From positions 135,924 through 199,923 of the forward strand of contig JAAOMT010000324.1 of assembly GCA_016748015.1 (NCBI GenBank): a DNA stretch of 64,000 nt. Direction: 5' to 3'. The position numbers were made by a program, and so were the translations under genes. The notes under the pieces were generated by a model, which did not search any database, was not told where the DNA came from, and worked only from the letters and a program-made list of their open reading frames with translations. Each line of letters starts with the position of its first letter. The stretch's first letter is position 1. Origin of the DNA: Geosiphon pyriformis uo1 (taxonomy: Eukaryota > Fungi > Glomeromycota). Positions 12,100-24,800 of this stretch are shown in pieces.

Positions 12100-12947
12100 T
12101 GTTACAGGAGATTATTTCTGCTGTTGAAGTAAATAACAACCCATAACTTGGTGCTCATGAAGCTACTTCTATTAATAAGGTTCTGCGAGCATTGTATCTG
12201 AAGGTTTTGATAGAGTCTTTTGTATAATAGACAGAGATTCAATAGTTGTTTTATCCATAGCTTCCCAGACTCGCAAGTCTGTCAATTCTTTTCTTGGCTT
12301 GATGGCCAGCAATTCTCTGGTAAGTAATTTATATCTTCTGTACATGTCCTACCCTCTCGCAGGGGTCTTTTACCAGGCAATCCTTGATGTCAATAATCAG
12401 CGCTTTTCAATCAATGGGTTAGTGCATAATAATAAATCAAAATAAAATAAAGAAAAATAAGAGAAAAATAAAAAAAAAAAAAATAAGCCAAGGTGATTTG
12501 CAGATTAGTATCCCGTCAATAGCCATGATCAAGAGCTATTGTTCCAGTGTGGTTAAGTATCACTTATTATCAACATGAAGTGTTAATAGTGGAAAGTGGA
12601 TTGAGATATGAAATAATTATTTATTTGATGATTTTTGTTTCTAGGCTAAGGATTCTGTGGTATTGATTCTGTCTTTTCTGTTTTTAATACTACTGCTATA
12701 TATACATAATTGAGATTTCTCAATTCCTCAATTCTTTACGACAGGAATCCTGAAATTCCTGGAATCCTGCAATTCCTTTGAGAGGAATCCTGGAATTCTG
12801 AAATCCTGTAATTCCTCGTCAAAAAATCCTGAAATTCCTGGAATCCTGCAATTCCTGAGAAGAATCCTGGAATTTCACATTTACTATGCTTACTTCTGAT
12901 TGGCTAATAATTATGCTAATATATTTCTTATATTTCTATGAGTAATA
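12100..12947 (-). repeat. 5' LTR of element 2 (848 bp); U3 carries a GGAATCCTG-type tandem array (12743-12875)
   Basis: TG...CA-derived ends, TATATATAGCAG TATA box, U-tract; homologous to 3577-4000 and to the solo LTR. Confidence 0.9.
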
Positions 12948-13666
12948 CCATATAAAAACAAGCCCGAAATTATTTTATTTAAGACAACCAACTATATCAA
13001 TAAGAATATTGAAACTGTCCCACCTTACAATAAGTTATCAAAAACAGTGAAAAAGAAACTATATTACATAGTATGCATTCTGATCCAACCACAGAACATT
13101 TTAACAAAGATGCTATCCTTAAAAGAATCCTAAATTTATACTATTGGCCAATAATATACAAAGACATTTTCAAATATATGCTTAATTGTAACTTATGCCA
13201 GCAAAGAAAAGGAGCCAGAACAATGAAACCACTTTGACTCATTCCAGTTGGAAATCTATTTGATAGAATTGAAATCAATTTGATTGGTTTTCTTTTTATA
13301 ACATTCAAAAAAAATTGTTATATCACTGTAACTGTAGACTACTTGACAAAATGGCTAGAAGCCAGAGCCATCCAAGTAGCAGATACTAAAACAATAGCTG
13401 AATTTGTATATCAAGATCTGATTTGCAAACATGGATGCTTAAAAAAACTCCTATCTAATCAAGAAATGCATTTTGTTAATAATACATTAACTAAATTAAG
13501 TTAATAGTTTGAAATAAAATATTCTTTATTGTTACCATATCACTTACAAATAAACAGACTAGTAGAACAATTTAACCAAATACTGTGTAAAACATTAGCA
13601 AAAATAAGTTATGAAAATAAACAAAAATGAAACTTATTTATATTTTCTGTACTCTTTGCATACCAA

Positions 13667-14602
13667 TGTTACTCATAGAATATAGGAATTAAATATTAGT
13701 ACATAAATTAGCCAATTAGAATAAACATAGTAAAAGTGAAATTCCAGGATTCTTTTTAGAATAATTGCAGGATTCTAGGAATTTCATGATTCTCATATAA
13801 GAAATTGCAAGATTCCAGAATTCCAGAATTCCTCTCAAAGGAATTGCAGAATTCTAGAAATTCTAGGATTCTTGATTAGAGAATTGAGGAATTCAAAGAA
13901 TCTTGTACAATAAAATTTATGTATATATAGCAGTAGTATCAGAAGCTAGAAAATTAGACTTTTAGAATCAGTAGAACTCTCAAAGTCAATTAGACTTACA
14001 AGTCATAATTATTAGAATCTTTTAGCTAGAGACCTCTCAATTTAGATTTAATCTAAGCAACCTTTTATATTACAAATATCTAATAAATAATTATTTATTA
14101 TCTCAAATCTACTCTTCACTATTAACACTTTATATTGATAGTAATTGATACTTAAACCACATTGGAACAATAGCTCTTAATTACAGCTATTGATAAGATA
14201 CTAACTTTTATTATCTTGGCTTATTTCTTTATTTTTTTTTATTTCTTTTATTTCTTTTATTTTTATTTTTATTTTTTTGTTGTGTACTAATTAATTAAAG
14301 AATTAAAATACTGAGTTATTGACATCAAAGATTGCCTGGTAAAAGACTCTTGCGAGTGAGTAGAGCACGTAAAGAAATTATGAATTACTTACCAGAGGAG
14401 TACTAGTCATTAAGCTAAAAAAAGAAATTGACAGAATTGCAATTCTGGAAAGCTATAGATAAACAACTATTGAATCTCTGTTCTCAACCAAAACCTTCAG
14501 ATAAACAATACTTTCAAATCACTATCATTGTGAAATAGCTTCTGAGTACCAAGTTACAGGTTTTGTTATTTGATTTAAAACCCCAAATAATCATCTATAA
14601 TA
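13667..14602 (+). mobile_element. Solo LTR (subfamily A) inserted in the element 1 integrase
   Basis: TGTTACTCAT...CTATAATA; TSD CCAA at 13663-13666 and 14603-14606; flanks rejoin to match 39461-39490. Confidence 0.92.
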
Positions 14603-15251
14603 CCAAACACTAAAACAAAATATGACTCAGTTCACACCATTTAAATTAGTTTATAGAAGAAAAGCCATTCTACCTATTAAAAGAAAAATATAGTCATACC
14701 CAACAGAAGCTATCACTAAAGAGAATTTTAGAGTGATCTTATACTATAGAACATACTAGTTCATGGAAATATTAGAAAATAATCATAGAACAGCAGTTGA
14801 CAACATTAGCAATGTTCAGAAACAACAAAAAGAAAGATATGATAAATGTCTATCTGAACAACCAATGAAATTCAAGATTGGAGACCAAGTACTATTACAT
14901 TATACAAAAGCTGAGAAACAGTGAAGTGAAAAGTTCAATCCAAAGTAGAATAGTCTATTCTATGTACACAAAGTTTTAAGCAATAGAGCTTACAAATTAT
15001 GATTGAAAGACAGAATTTTAAAGAAAGTAGCACATAAAAATTGGTTAAAAATTTATCATGCAAAACAAAAATTATTATTATCAATATCTCAACTAGGAAC
15101 ACAAATTTTATTAATCAGACCAGAAAATATATCACAAGATCTGAAACCAATTATCATTATCAAAACGTAAACAACATACAGCAAATTAAATTAAGAAATT
15201 TAAAATATATATAACATTTAAAAAGCAGTAAGAAATGATAAAACTTTCAAC

Positions 15252-15965
15252 ATAGACCTATTAGATCAAATTTTACAATTCTTAAAACAACTATTTAATG
15301 CAATTTAACAATTTTCTGCTTAAATAAAAGTAATAATTGATAGAAAAGAGATATAATATAAAGATAGGAGCAAGAAAAAGGAGGGCAAAAGTTCAATTAG
15401 AACTAACCAGTCCTATTCTTATCTAATGCCTGAGAAAGAAAATTGGAAAAAAAATTTCTCTCAGGTGGGACAGAGAATAAAAAAAGTTAATAAAAGATAT
15501 TTGGTTCCTGAGTTTGAAAAAATTAAAGAAGCTTTAACTCATGAGACTGAACTCTCCAAAACAAAGGAATAAACATTTGACAATGCCCAAAAATAAAAAA
15601 AAAGACTTCTTCCAACATATTGGTTCTACAAAATTGGTAAACAACTAGATTTGAAGACATTATATGGAGACCTTAGCCAGAAAACTTTTAACAAAGAAGC
15701 AATACAACAAGTAGAAAAATTTGTAGGGAAAAACAATTTGACCCTATATTACAAAGCAACATACTGATTATATGTTGCTTTTCAATATTGTTCAAACATA
15801 CTGTTATATAAATTCATAAAGACTATAATAGTTAATAACATAGGATGAATAACCAATTGACAGTTCGAAAATCTACAAAAAACAATACTTAATGCAACTA
15901 TTGAACACTACATAAATAAAGCCATAATAACAGATACATATAATTTCGCAGAAGCTCAATTTTAA
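15252..15965 (+). pseudogene. ORF3 of element 1
   Basis: Collinear with 40123-40857 (LLPTYWFYKIGKQLDLKTLYGDLSQKTFNKEA). Confidence 0.75.
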
Positions 15966-15979
15966 AAAGAAAGAAATAA

Positions 15980-17036
15980 TGTTACCTGAGTAGAAAAATT
16001 GATCCAAAGTTATAAAGAAACATAACCAAAACATGACATAACACAGAATAGCATGCAATAGTATTGAATAATATATTATAACTTAAAATAATACAGAATA
16101 ATGTGTTATAATATGGAATAACACAAAATAACATGTAATAACACCAGATAATGTGTTATAACATAAAATAACCAGAAATAATTTAAAAAAAAGAAGCAAA
16201 AACAGAATTAATAAAGTAATAGTTAGCAATAATGAAACAATTAAAAACAATTCTGTAAAACCAAAAGAATGTATAAAAACAAGTAATTATAGAAGTTAAA
16301 GAAAAAAGATATCTAGATATGAATCACTAGACAAGAATCAAATATTCTTACTCCTTCTATCATTTATTCTATTCTATATTCATCTTCTAAAATAAATCAA
16401 TTATTAAGAAATCAGAATCATAAATTAATGTTTTTGAACTTCATAAAATTTACGTAAATTAACCATTGTTTTATACCTTTATTCCAGAACAAATATTCTT
16501 AGCATAATCATCTCAAACTATTAACAATTTGGACCAGTCGCTCTTGATTATGGTAATTGATAATATTAATTTATCTTTTTTTATTTTTCTTTTCTTTTAT
16601 TTTTATTTTTTTTATTTTTTTTTATTTTTTTTTATTTTTTTATTTTCTTTTGTGGAGCAGCAACATAGTAAAATTAACTGTCTGGAAATAAACTTCATAA
16701 TAATTTGGTAAAAAAAAGAAGCTTTTTTTAAGTTTTGGATATTAACATTATCTTGGTAGCTTATCAGAAAGATGAAAAGACAACACCAGATCTTAATAAC
16801 TGTGCTCATTAGCTTGAAAAAGATAGCTTATATTTATAAGAAGTTGCAATCAACAAAAACCAAATCTTTGTGTTTTATAACTAAAAAACTCAATGGGTAA
16901 AATTACAACCAGTAAATAAGACCTTTAGAGACTGATAATCAAGAATAAATCAACAGAATTATACAAAACATGCATTATTGATAATTAAAAACACTAAATG
17001 TTACCATTTTCTTATTCTACCAAGTTTATCCATAAC
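15980..17036 (+). repeat. 3' LTR of element 1 (subfamily B), 3' end lost
   Basis: Follows a purine tract, starts TGTTACCTGAG; homologous to 40871-41906; joins directly to gag sequence at ~17037. Confidence 0.82.
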
Positions 17037-18891
17037 ACCAAACTCATCTTAAATTAACAAGTAACCATTGGCCAGTAAAATCAGTTTTTAATTACTATGT
17101 TAACAAAAAAATTAAATTCTACTTGAAAAACTAAAAAGATTCAGAAGCTATTCTTAACAATTTTTATAGTGAATTATTCCAAAGCATTATACTTCTACTA
17201 AATCTTTGTTTGCACCAATAATCACAGAAATAAACAAAAAAATTGAAAATTACATTCAACAGAAATTTTTTATTACTTTTGCAAACAAAAAAAACTATAA
17301 GCTCCAACAGAAACACCAAGAAAAATACAACCACCTACTTAGAAGAAACCAAAAGTTATTTTACCTATTTACTTGTCATACAATTATACACCAGGAAGTA
17401 CTATACATATACTATCAGAATTTATATTACTATTAACTACAAAAACACTATTATTTAGAGTTTTATTTTAAAATAATTAAAAAAAAGCCAAATTATTAAA
17501 AATCTATAGTGATTTTTTTAAAAAATTTAAATCATAACTGACAAACATTATTAAGACTTTGATTGCCACCACTTCAACCAGATTTTAGATTTACTAGTTA
17601 TTGGGAAGATATTAATACAGAAAAAAAAGAAGACAGTGATTAGAAAAATAATAATCAAAACTTAATCCCAAATAATCCAGAAATACAAACCCCAATTGTT
17701 TCAACTTAGCAAAACTTGAACAATCCAAATTCCACTCCTATTATTTAACAAAACCTATCTTCAGTGATTGTGATCAATTTACTAGTTGTACTAATTGCCT
17801 TATCACAACAACAAAAATAACAATTAACACCCATAGCATATATATTTATTGCCAAACTCAAGAAATTTATTGGCAAAGAGAACAATATCCAAGTATGATT
17901 GAACAATATTGTCAAAACAATTACAGTTAATAACTGGGACAACACCAAAGTTTTTTAAGTTATTCTCTATTTCTTATAAGATATTGCTAATTTATGATAT
18001 CAGAACTTAGTTAGCAATTCACAAACTTTTGATGCATTTAAAACTACATTTTTGCAATATTTTAGTAATTACAACAGTATTAATCACCTGTTAACTAGCT
18101 TTACTACTATTAAACAAGACAATACTAAAGCAGTTACCACTTACTTGAGACACTTTTACAGAAATCTGCACCAAATTCAAGCAATTTAAGCTGATTACTT
18201 TATCAAAACACAAATTTTGAGCCAGTTTATCCATAGATTATACAATAGTCTTTTATAATAAGTATATTTAATATATCCAAATACTTTCTAGAATGCAGTC
18301 ACACATGCCAAAAATCTTGAATTAACCAAACTTAAAGCCAACTATGTTCAAGCCATCAACTTAATAATAAATAGATCATTTGAATTGAATACCAAATTGA
18401 AGCAATTTGGTAAAGCCATTAATTAAAAAATTAAGAAATACTTAGCTAATAATCAAACAATCTATTAACCTCCATAATACTATAACAATCAAAGAAACTC
18501 TAATTAATTCCAGAATTAATTACATCTATTATTTTTATCAACCAACCAATTATGACAGTACAAGATGTGTATCTGTCACTATTGTAATAAACAAGAACAC
18601 TTAAAATTAGACTACTATGCAAGATTAAATAACCAAAAATTGGGAAATCAATATCAAAATTCCAATTATCAGTTTCAAACTCCAAATTATATCCCAAATC
18701 AGAAACAATATCACTTATTACACTCCAATGATACAACAACCAATATATTCCTCTTCAATATATTAAACTCCAGGACCAGTTATCTATTAGTCATAGCCAC
18801 AAGTTATTTATTAACCATTACAAATTCAAGCATTGTCACAAAACTTAGTTTAAATGTCAACCAACAACTAAAGACTGAAAATTACTCATAT

Positions 18892-19774
18892 TGTTACAGA
18901 TGATTATTTGGGGTCTCAAATTAAATAACAAATCCATAACTTGGTGCTCAATATCTTGACAATGCTAATGATACTGGTACATTGGTTGTATCTGAAGGTT
19001 TTAGAGTTGAGTTTTTTGTATAATAGACAGAGATTCAATAACAATATAATTGGTTGGTAAGTTGTGTTCCCAATTTCTGTCTTCAGCTTGGTAGTCAGTT
19101 TATTCTGGCAGTTATGCCCTTCTGGTAAGCTATCTGTTAATATATATATAATTTTACCCTTATTTCTGGGTCTTTTACCAGGCTATCCGTGATATCAATT
19201 ATTCAGCACTTTAATCCTTAATCAGTTAGTATATAACAGTAAAAATCAAAGAAAAAAAGAAATAAAAAAAAATAAAAAAATGAGCCAAGGCAATGTGTAC
19301 GTTAGTATCTTGTCAATAGTCATAATTAAGAGCTATTGTTTCAGTGTAGTTAGGTATCAATTACTATTAACATAAAGTGTTAATAGTGGAGAGTGAATTT
19401 GGATAGTAAATGATTTATTTATTTAATATTTGTGGATGGAAGATTTCTAACTAAAAGATTCTTATCTTTCTATTTCTAATACTACTGCTATATATACATA
19501 ATTAATGTTCTATGAGATCGCTTATATTCTCTAGTGATGTGCTATGATTTCTTGAGCAATGCTCATATTGCTGAGCAATGTGCTCTAATTTTCTAACATC
19601 ACTCTATATTGCTGAGCAATGTGCTGTGTTTTCTGATATTGCTCCACATTGCTGAGCAATGTGCTGTAATTTCTATCATTGTTCTACATTGCTAAACAAT
19701 GTGCTTATATGCTACATACTATTTATTTATTGGTCTATTATTCTTCCTATATCTGTTTTTTTTTATGAATAACA
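18892..19774 (-). repeat. 3' LTR of element 3 (883 bp; four palindromic U3 units)
   Basis: Direct repeat of 28057-28900. Confidence 0.92.
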
Positions 19775-19788
19775 TTATCTCCTATTTT

Positions 19789-20424
19789 TTAATATTGAGC
19801 TCTGTTGAAATTTTCATTCTGAATTAGCTCTAATACTTCTTTTTCTAGTATTGTTTATTTGACTTTATTTTTTACGTCTTCTACTTGTATATTGTTCATT
19901 TTTCCCCATTGGTTAATAGTTATAGTTTTTATGTCAGAGTGTAATAGTATTTCTGGATAATTCTGAAATATATTGTGCAGTCAGTAAATTGTTCTCACAT
20001 GTAGTGTTGAATTTGTCTTTTTCCCAATAAATTCTTCAATTTGCTGTATTATGTTTTGGTTAAATATTTTTTTGGATTTGTTAATATACAACTCTTGAAT
20101 ATTTAACTTTTGACCTAACTGGTAGTAACAGTATGATATTGGAAGTTGTTTTGTCCATTGCTTCCAATTCTTTTTTGTAAGTTCTTCTGTTGGTGCCATA
20201 ATAAATATTTTCCCAAAAGTGTTTTTTACTTTTTCTATTATTTTATTTGACCAGTTTTTATCATTCTTTGGTAATCACTGATATGGTGTATTCTTTGTCT
20301 TTCTTTTGGTGTTTTGATAGTAAATTGTTTGGTTGTTAACAATAATTTTTATGTCTAAAGGTTGTTGACTTAAGGTCTGGAATAATTGTTGAGCTATAAT
20401 GTAAATATGATCTGGTATTTCCAT
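19789..20424 (-). pseudogene. ORF3 of element 3 (~211 aa, unknown function)
   Basis: MEIPDHIYIIAQQLFQ...WTKQLPISYCYYQLGQKL...QQIEEFIGKK...; ends at the PPT. Confidence 0.75.
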
Positions 20425-20487
20425 TTTTTTTCTTGGTTGTCTTTGTTACGTATATTGTGTCTTTATATACTCTTTTATTGTTTGATT

Positions 20488-21845
20488 TTACATGTTTGGT
20501 CCAATGATTATAATTGGTTCCAGATCTTGTGGAATCTCCTCTGGTTGAACTAGTATTTATTGTACTCCCAATTGTAGAATATTATTGGTAGATAATGATG
20601 CTATTTGGTGATATGGTTTTAGTTAATCATCATGTGCTGCTTTGGTTAAAATTTTGTTGTCCCATCTTAATTTATAAGCTCTATTTCCAAGAATTTTTTC
20701 TATGTGAAATGGTCTGTCTCATTTGGGATCAAATTTTCCACTCCATTGTTTTTCTGCTTTGGTACAATGTAGAAATACTTTGTCTCCAATCTTGAATTCA
20801 ACTGGTTTATCTGGTAATTAGTTATTATGTCATTTTTTTTGCTTTTTTTGAGACTTTTGAATGTTATCAGCTGCTTTTTGTTGTCTGTTTTCTAGTGTTT
20901 CTATTAGATCATATGTTTTTCTCAACAATGTTTTTTGGAAATTAGCTTTTGTTATTAGTTTAGTTGAATATGTGTTGACCTCTATTTCAACTGGTAATGT
21001 TGCTGTTCTATTATATATTAATTCAAATGGTGTTGCTTATATAGTATCTTGTCTCATTGTTTGATAAGCAAATAATACTAATGGTATAAACAAATCTCAT
21101 TCATCTTGGTTTTTTTAACTGATTTTGGTGATTGCTTCACACAATGTTCTATTGAATCTTTCAACTAGTCCATTGGTTTGTGGATAATATAGTAATAATA
21201 ATGGTCTTTTTATCTCAAATCTTTGACTTAATTTTGTTATTCACAAAATGAGTTCCTTGATCTGATAGTAATTTTTTTGAAAATTTGTGTCGACATATCA
21301 AATTTTGATAAATGAATTCAGCAATGGATTCTGCATCTGTTTTTTGAATGGCTTTTGCTTCTGGCCATTTTATGAGATAGTCCATAGCTACTGCAATATA
21401 TCTGTTTCTTCTACTGGTGATTGTTAATGGTTTAACTAAGTCAATTCTAATGTGATTGAATAGTTGTCTTACTTTGATTGGTCTTAATAGTTCACTGGAT
21501 TTTGTTCCACTTTTTCTTTGACAAGCATCACAACTTTGAACATATTAGATGATGTCTGGATACATTAATGGTCAATAGTATTTTTTTCTGGTTCTTTTTA
21601 TGGTTGGTTCTTTATGAAAATGTCTTGTTGTTGGATCTGAGTGCATGTTAAACAATATTGTTTTTTTTTTTGATTCTGTAATTACTCTGGTTGGTTGGTT
21701 TGAATTTTTTCTGTTTTTTCAGTAAAATATATTTTGATAATTGATGAAATATTTTGATTGCTGTTTTATGTTGTTTTGTTTTTTTTAAGATAATTTCTCC
21801 TTGAACAATTAAGTATTTATATAATGCTGGAGTTGTTGGTATTTT
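20488..21845 (-). pseudogene. Integrase of element 3 (start region deleted)
   Basis: MHSDP, CDACQ, MDYLIKWPEA, NGLVERFN motifs. Confidence 0.85.
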
Positions 21846-21860
21846 TGGGTTGAAATGTTT

Positions 21861-24800
21861 TTAGATTTGTCTCATTCACGACAATCTGTCAGCATTTCCA
21901 TTGTCTTTTCCCTTTTTATAATGTACTGTATAATTGAATGGTGAAAGTTCTATTTTTCATCTGGCATGGCAATCGTCTGCAAATTTTTGTTTCTGGATTA
22001 AAGTCAATCCTTTGTTATCCATATATATTTTAAACTTTTGGCTCAAGTATTCTCTCTATTTAATAACAGCCCAATAGATTGCTAAGTGTTTCAGTGCTGG
22101 AGTTCTATAGTTCTTTTTAGCTGGACTTAAACTTTTACTGGTGTAAGCTACTAGATGCTCTCTTTCATTGGGTCCTTTCTGTGATAGTACTGCTTCCAAT
22201 GCTTGACCTGATGTATCAGTAGTAATGATGAATGGTTTGTTGTGATCTGAATACATCAATACTGGAGCTTGGGTAAGCTTTCTTCTCAATGTGTCGAATG
22301 CTTTTTGTTGAGCTTTAGTCCATTTATACTTCACATTCTTGGTTTGTAGATGGTGAAATGGCTGAACTAGTTTAGAAAAGTCTTTAATGAAGTGGCAATA
22401 GTAGCCTGCGAATCCCAAAAATGCCCTTAGTTCTGGCAAGTTGGCTGGTACTGAAAAGTTTTTAACTACTTCAATCTTGTCTGGATCTGTTTTGATTCTA
22501 TTTTTGCTCACTACATGTCCCAAAAACTTGAGTTCAGTTTTTCCAAAAAAATATTTGGTTGTATTTAGTTTTAATCCAGCTCTTCTTAACCTTTTGAATA
22601 CTTGTTGAAGATGATGCAAATGATCATTGAATGTTTTTGAGAACACATTGGTATTATTCAAGTATACAACTACTGATTTCCATAGTAATCCAGTATAGAC
22701 AATTTTCATGAGCCATTGGAATGTTGCTGGAGCATTTATCAAGCCAAATAGCATAACTTCAAACTCAAAATTTCTTTCTCTTGTGGTAAACACTGTTTTT
22801 TCTTTGTTGGCTGGATCTATGGCTACTTGCCAATAACCACTATTTAAAGTCTAATGTTAAAAACTATTTATTTCTTCCAAAAGCATCAAATAGTTTTTGG
22901 ATCTTTGGAGTTGGATAGCTATCACCTTTTGTTACTCTATTCAGTTTTCAGTAGTCTACACAAAAATGGATTTTTCCATTCTTCTTATAGACTAGTACTA
23001 CTGGTGATGACCATGGATTCATTGATGGCTGAATTAGCCCATTGTCAAGCATCTGGTTGATTTCTTGACAAATGATCTCATGGCTAGCTGGTGGTACTCT
23101 GTATGCTTTTTGTTTAATTGGCATTGCATCTCCAGTCTTGATCTGATGCCAGATGATATTAGTTCAGCCAGATTCATTTTTGCTAGCAAAAATGTCATTA
23201 AAATTGTTGAGTAACATCTTGAGTTGCATTTATTGAAGTGGATCTAAATTCCTCATATTTATCTGTTCCAATTGTTTTGATTGGAGCAGATAACATTTAC
23301 TTCATTCATAGATGGTTTGTAATGTAATGTCCACATATCTGCAAAGCTGTGGAAAATCTGGAATGTGATTTGGTGATTGATCCTCAACTTCAGTGGTCAA
23401 ATATTTAATAATAGTTCTCTTTAGTATTTCAATGACACTTCTGGTTGTATTGTAGATAGGAATTTTGATGTTTTTAGGGCTTTTGGCTAATATGTAGAGA
23501 TTAGTGAGTTTAATCTCCTCTGATTCGCAAATGGTGGCTTCTGCTTCAAACAACTGAGCCTGATTCTTTATTTTTCTTTTTATAGATAACATATACTAAT
23601 CATATAATGGAATGGAAATTGATTGATGAGTTGAGATAATTTCTCTTTTGTCAATAACCTCTTTCTCCGCCATATTAACTGGTATGTCTATTTTATCTGT
23701 TGATCCAAATCTCTGTATCTCTTTAGCAGTAATCCCTAATTCTTCCCTGTTTCCTACTGACACTAATTGAGCTATTTTTACCAAAAATATTGCTTATGCT
23801 ATTTTTTCATTTGGCTTTATGATATAGGCCTTTTCAGAGTCATTTTGTAGCATAGCAATAATATTTCCTACATACTCTGTGTTAATTATTCTTCCTTTGA
23901 TGTTGATTTCTTTTTTTGCTAGGGTACTCTTAGATACTAATTGAACCATAGTTGTTGCTGGAATTTTCAGAGCTATTTTGAGATCAATACATGTGTGCAA
24001 ATTTGGTTCCAATTTGATGGCTTTTTTTTCTGGATATCTTAGATCAAACCCTGCATCAATATCATGTGTGCATTCTGGCATAATATCTTCATTATTGTCA
24101 CTATATCATTTGAGTTCCTGCTCCTTAGATAGATTAGAAAGTGCAATATATATTTCAGAGTTTGAATCAGAGTTTGAATTGCTGATATTTTTGTTGCTAT
24201 TTTGAGTGGAGCTGGAACCATTATTTTTATTATTGTCATTGTTAGAGTTTGAATTAAGATTGAAAATTGATTCTGATTCTGATGCACAGTTGCTGATTGG
24301 TTTTCTTTCCTCTGGGATTGTGTAGATTATACATGGTGGTAGATTGTAAATGAGATTACACTCATTACAATATTGAAAGTCACATAGAATCAAACAATAG
24401 TCACATAGTCAAGTGTTGATTTCTTTCAAGCATTGCTTCTGCTCTTCTCTTATAAGTGCTAACTCTTGATAATGTTCGTGGAATTGTTCTGGATCTAGGA
24501 GATTTATAACTGGTTCTGGGTCCTAGTCAAGTTCTATAGGTTTAGGTGGGTTATTTTTAATTGTTTTTATCACTTCTGGTATTACTTTTTCGATTTTGGC
24601 AAGTGCCATTTGCCAGATTTCATTATTGTTGTGCGGACATCTGTTCAGACATTTGACGGCTCATCTCCAGGCAGCATCTATGGACGTTCCTTTCCTCACC
24701 CAGTCACTTATCAGAATCATATATTAACATGATTCATTGCACGTTCCTTCTCACCCAGAAATGTCATTCCATATTTTTTTGTCCAAAAGAGTTTCTCCAC

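Larger units (their letters stand above)
3577..12947 (-). mobile_element. Ty3/Gypsy LTR retrotransposon, subfamily A (element 2), near full length, 3' LTR partly deleted
   Basis: Ends TGTTAC...GAGTAATA (from -ACA). TSD CCAT at 3573-3576 and 12948-12951; removing the insert restores the element 1 integrase (compare 38751-38770). Two LTR copies; gag-pol, IN and ORF3 on the minus strand. Confidence 0.93.
1..17036 (+). mobile_element. Degenerate Ty3/Gypsy LTR retrotransposon, subfamily B (element 1); 5' part lies outside the window; interrupted by element 2 (3577-12947) and a solo LTR (13667-14602)
   Basis: Pieces 1-3576, 12948-13666 and 14603-17036 are collinear with the uninterrupted copy at 36601-41906. 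Contains PR end, dUTPase, RT (KLNPNKCFFGK), RNase H, integrase (VDYLTKWLEA), ORF3, PPT and 3' LTR. Confidence 0.9.

Noticed and set aside
13740-13895. Heat-shock elements in the GAA/TTC-rich U3 array
   Set aside because: Spacing is mostly not the canonical alternating nGAAn; only isolated TTCnnGAA matches.
19563-19703. CRISPR-like palindromic repeats with spacers
   Set aside because: Spacers are near-copies of each other, the array lies within an LTR U3, and there are no cas genes in this eukaryotic context.
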